DNA from: Armatimonadota bacterium
GTDB lineage: Bacteria; Sysuimicrobiota; Sysuimicrobiia; Sysuimicrobiales; Humicultoraceae
DNA length: 18,228 nt
Direction of reading: 5' to 3'
NCBI GenBank assembly: GCA_037446215.1
Contig: JBBIJB010000050.1
Location: 1 to 18,228 of the forward strand
Shown: piece by piece, positions 15,728 to 18,228 of the stretch
Layout: each line of letters starts with the position of its first letter
Position numbering within the stretch: position 1 is the first letter of the stretch
The notes under the pieces: generated by a model
What the model was told of the DNA's origin: nothing
What the model saw: the letters and a program-made list of their open reading frames with translations, nothing else
Database searches by the model: none
Made by a program: the position numbers and the translations under genes

Positions 15728-16474
15728 CTAGTACTGATGGATGACCCTCCCGCGGTAGCGCTCGTGGATGCGCAGGCTCCGCTCCCTGCCTCCCGGGAGG
15801 TTGGCGCTGTAGCGCACCAGCACCTCCATCCCCCGCTCGACCATCCGCTCCGCGACGAGGGCTACCAGGCAATTCACTATCAGGACGACCGGGAATGTCG
15901 ATCCGGAGGCGACCTTGTGCTCCACCCCTGCTATGTCGAGCAGCGCGTCCCCGGGAGGGATGTGGCAGTCGATCGTTATGTCCGCGATATCGCACAGGTT
16001 CTGCCCGCTGGGGTGGCGGGCCGGCGTACCCTGCGCCACGCCCTCCGCGAACTCCCGGGAGGTGACCGCGATCACCTTCGCCCCCCGGGCCCTTGCCTCC
16101 AGCGCGGAGTCTATGGTGACCGCGTTGATGCCGTTGACGTTGATCACGATTATGACGTCGCCCGCGCCCACGCCGTAGTGGTTGAAGATCGCCGGGACGT
16201 ATCCGACCAGCCTCTCGGTGTTGGGATGGCTGTCCGTGACCGAGATGCCCGGAGGGAATATCCCGTTGATCGGGTAGAGCCCCCCTGCGCGCTGAAACAT
16301 CTCCATCGCGCCCATTATGGAGTGGCCCCCGGTCCCGAAGACGTGGATCACCCGGTCCTCTGCCAGCTTCTCGATCAGGAGGTCGGCGGCGGCACCCATC
16401 TGCTCCTGCTCGCGCTCCATCACGGTCTGCATGATCCCTGTGACGGCGCGGTAGTATCTCTCAGCGGCGTTCAT
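15728..16474 (-). CDS. SIS-domain sugar isomerase-like protein, UPF0309-type (paralog A, 248 aa)
   Basis: The start is most likely ATG 16474 (MNAAERYY) after AGAGGGAGGA, overlapping the gntR 3' end. It has the same motifs as paralog B: IHVFGTGGHS, RAGGL, HPNTER, INVNGINAVTID and RHPSGQNL. Confidence 0.85.
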   Translation of the reverse strand: MNAAERYYRAVTGIMQTVMEREQEQMGAAADLLIEKLAEDRVIHVFGTGGHSIMGAMEMFQRAGGLYPINGIFPPGISVTDSHPNTERLVGYVPAIFNHYGVGAGDVIIVINVNGINAVTIDSALEARARGAKVIAVTSREFAEGVAQGTPARHPSGQNLCDIADITIDCHIPPGDALLDIAGVEHKVASGSTFPVVLIVNCLVALVAERMVERGMEVLVRYSANLPGGRERSLRIHERYRGRVIHQY

Positions 16475-17174
16475 CGCTTTCCTCCCTCTCTGGTGTCGAG
16501 TCGGATCCGGCGGGCAGGGAGAGGAGCGGAGCAAGGGCCTCGGCCCGCCTTCTGACCTTGCGGAGGTGGTCGGTCAGGGCTTCCGCCGCCTCGATGCTGT
16601 TCTTCCGCTGGAGCGCGCAAAGGACCCTCTCGTGCTCCTGTAGGCTCTGCTCAAGCTCCTGGAGCCGCGTCTGCTCCTGGAAGTAGAACAGGCGCAGGGT
16701 GTGCATGTGCGAGTTCATCGATCTAAACAGCCGCAGCAGGAGCAGGTTGCCGGAGGCCGCCACGATGGACTCATGGAACTCCCGGTCGGCGACGTTGTTC
16801 GCCATGTACTCCCGGTCGGCCACGGCGCCGCAGAAGCGCGAGTGGATGCCCTCGAGCCTAAGTACCAGCCCGTCGCCGATCGGCCTTATCTGGCGCACGG
16901 CGAACACCTCGAGCATCAGACGGCAGTCCAGCATCTCGTAGATGTCGCGGGCCGAGAGCGGCGTGACGTGATAGCCCTGGTTCCTCCGATAGACCACCAG
17001 CCCTTCGCCCTGAAGACGCCCCAGGGCTTCACGGATGGGGGTGTGGCTCACGCCCAACTCCCGGGCGATCTGGTCTATGGGTACCCTCTCGCCAGGCCTC
17101 CATGCCTGCTCGAGGATCCGCTCCCGGATGGCATCCGTGACCTGCTCGGAGATCACCTGCACGCCTATCACCAC
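16461..17174 (-). CDS. GntR family transcriptional regulator with FCD domain
   Basis: wHTH (IRERIL..W.PGERV....IARELGVSHTPIREAL.RL..EGLV) and an FCD domain (R..LE, D.EFH..IV.ASGN, EH..V..AL, L..HL). Confidence 0.92.
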   Translation of the reverse strand: MVIGVQVISEQVTDAIRERILEQAWRPGERVPIDQIARELGVSHTPIREALGRLQGEGLVVYRRNQGYHVTPLSARDIYEMLDCRLMLEVFAVRQIRPIGDGLVLRLEGIHSRFCGAVADREYMANNVADREFHESIVAASGNLLLLRLFRSMNSHMHTLRLFYFQEQTRLQELEQSLQEHERVLCALQRKNSIEAAEALTDHLRKVRRRAEALAPLLSLPAGSDSTPEREESDERR

Positions 17175-17178
17175 CGGT

Positions 17179-17206
17179 TGCGATCCTATATCCTATAGGG
17201 TTCGCA
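17179..17206. promoter_or_regulatory. Putative GntR operator overlapping a -10-like element upstream of gntR
   Basis: Imperfect palindrome TGCGATCCTATA-tcc-TATAGGGTTCGCA containing a tandem TCCTATA repeat. It is an AT-rich patch in a GC-rich region. The minus strand reads TATAGGATATAGGAT, with the last TAGGAT ending 8 nt before the GTG. Confidence 0.55.
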
Positions 17207-17248
17207 TTGGGTAGGTTCTCGCTCGTGGGGCTTGGAACCTGCAGGAGC

Positions 17249-18228
17249 CTACTGGTGCGAGGCCCGGATGAAGGGCTCGCCCTCCACCACCGGTATCGTC
17301 TCGGCGCCGTGAGTTATGACTGTGAGGCGGGCACTCCGGCCGTGGCGGTCCAGCGCGGCGTCGAGGGCCGCCTGGGCGCTGGGAAACGGCCTCATCCTGG
17401 CGCGCCGGGCCTGCTGGGGCGTCAGGCCGTCCGACACGAGGGAGACGTCAAGCCGCGCCCTCACGCGCAGCGATGCCGCCGCCACCGACAGCGGCAGCAG
17501 CTCCGAGGCCGGCGTCCTCTCGGACCTGGCGAGGAGCTCCTCGGGGCCGGCCTCCGAGAGATAGTCGAGGTAGTGCGGGTGCGGCCCCACGCCCTCCGGG
17601 CACGGCGCGACGAGTATGGCGGTTCCGCCGGGCAGCGCCGCCAGGTCGGCCGCCAGCAGTCCCTTCCCTGCCTGCCAGAGGTCGGCGTCGGCGGGGTGGG
17701 AGGCGGTGACCACGATCTCTGCCCTTCGCCCGGTCGGGACGCAGAAGATCTCCCTCGCGGCGGCCACGGCCCGACGATGCGCCCCGACGAAGTGGCCTGC
17801 CGCGGCCCGGTAGATCCTCCCGTCCGGTGTAAACGCCACGTTGACTATGAACTCCAACCCCACCCGCTCGGCGACCCACGACTCCATCGCCAGCCGGACC
17901 CGGCTCTCCTCTGAGCCGAACATGTTCTGCGGGGTGCGGCCGTGCATCAGGTGGAAGGCCGCCACCGTCTCTTCGCCGGCGACTCCCGGGAAGATGATCT
18001 TGCCTCCCCCGGACCAGCCGGCGGCGGGGTGGGGGAGGACGCCTCCCAGGCCCACCCTGATGTCGGCCTCCACGGCGCGCCTGTCGAGCCAGATCTCGGG
18101 TCCGCCGGGGAGGCCGGGCAGGCGCACCATCAGCGATCTGTCGCGGAACTCGGAGTTGACCACCCGGATCCGGCGGCGGAGGTCTTTGCCGACCTTGCGA
18201 TCGATCTCGGCCTCGGTCATGGGGCGGT
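17249..18228 (-). CDS. LarA-family nickel-pincer-dependent racemase/epimerase (5' truncated by window edge)
   Basis: The frame continues to the window edge as (H)RPMTEAE. PHPAAGWSGGGKIIFPGVAG corresponds to the LarA SHFFAGFSGGRKSVLPGIA motif. AAFH, FIVNV, AG....AH, DLWQAGKG, GGTAILVAPCPEG and the C-terminal fold also match LarA. Confidence 0.88.
   Translation of the reverse strand, partial: RPMTEAEIDRKVGKDLRRRIRVVNSEFRDRSLMVRLPGLPGGPEIWLDRRAVEADIRVGLGGVLPHPAAGWSGGGKIIFPGVAGEETVAAFHLMHGRTPQNMFGSEESRVRLAMESWVAERVGLEFIVNVAFTPDGRIYRAAAGHFVGAHRRAVAAAREIFCVPTGRRAEIVVTASHPADADLWQAGKGLLAADLAALPGGTAILVAPCPEGVGPHPHYLDYLSEAGPEELLARSERTPASELLPLSVAAASLRVRARLDVSLVSDGLTPQQARRARMRPFPSAQAALDAALDRHGRSARLTVITHGAETIPVVEGEPFIRASHQ

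Noticed and set aside
11820..16474. SIS proteins as MurQ etherase, with LarA racemising the released D-lactate
   Set aside because: An attractive idea, but the proteins lack MurQ motifs (GAGTSGRLG, GSTR.K) and match the UPF0309 type, and the LarA homolog lacks lactate-specific residues.
1..18228. Mobile elements, CRISPR arrays, tRNA/rRNA, defence systems and the many other overlapping ORFs in the track
   Set aside because: No transposase or integrase motifs, repeat-spacer arrays or RNA gene signatures were seen. All intergenic gaps are under 115 bp, and the remaining ORFs are shadows of the called genes.

Overview
High-GC bacterial chromosomal region that is almost entirely coding, with no mobile elements, CRISPR arrays or RNA genes visible. 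It has two convergent blocks whose stop codons overlap at 7342-7345. The plus block holds a partial GH31 (YicI-like) glycosidase, a LarA-superfamily protein, an HtpX-type M48 protease, a LysM-NlpC/P60 endopeptidase, murT-gatD and an MFS transporter. The minus block, in transcription order, holds a second partial LarA-family protein, a GntR/FCD regulator, SIS paralog A, two sugar ABC permeases, a Tat-exported binding protein, SIS paralog B, a NagA-like deacetylase, a SAM methyltransferase, a GT2-TM-PIG-L deacetylase fusion and an EamA transporter. There are two best candidates for undescribed biology. (1) An amino-sugar catabolic operon with no kinase and twin UPF0309-type SIS proteins, both with NVNG in place of the SxSG phosphate-binding loop, next to a nickel-pincer epimerase-like enzyme that lacks lactate-racemase specificity residues. 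(2) A translationally coupled methyltransferase / membrane-spanning glycosyltransferase-deacetylase fusion / EamA cassette that resembles a lipid-linked amino-sugar modification pathway. All family calls come from recognising motifs by eye; no searches were run.
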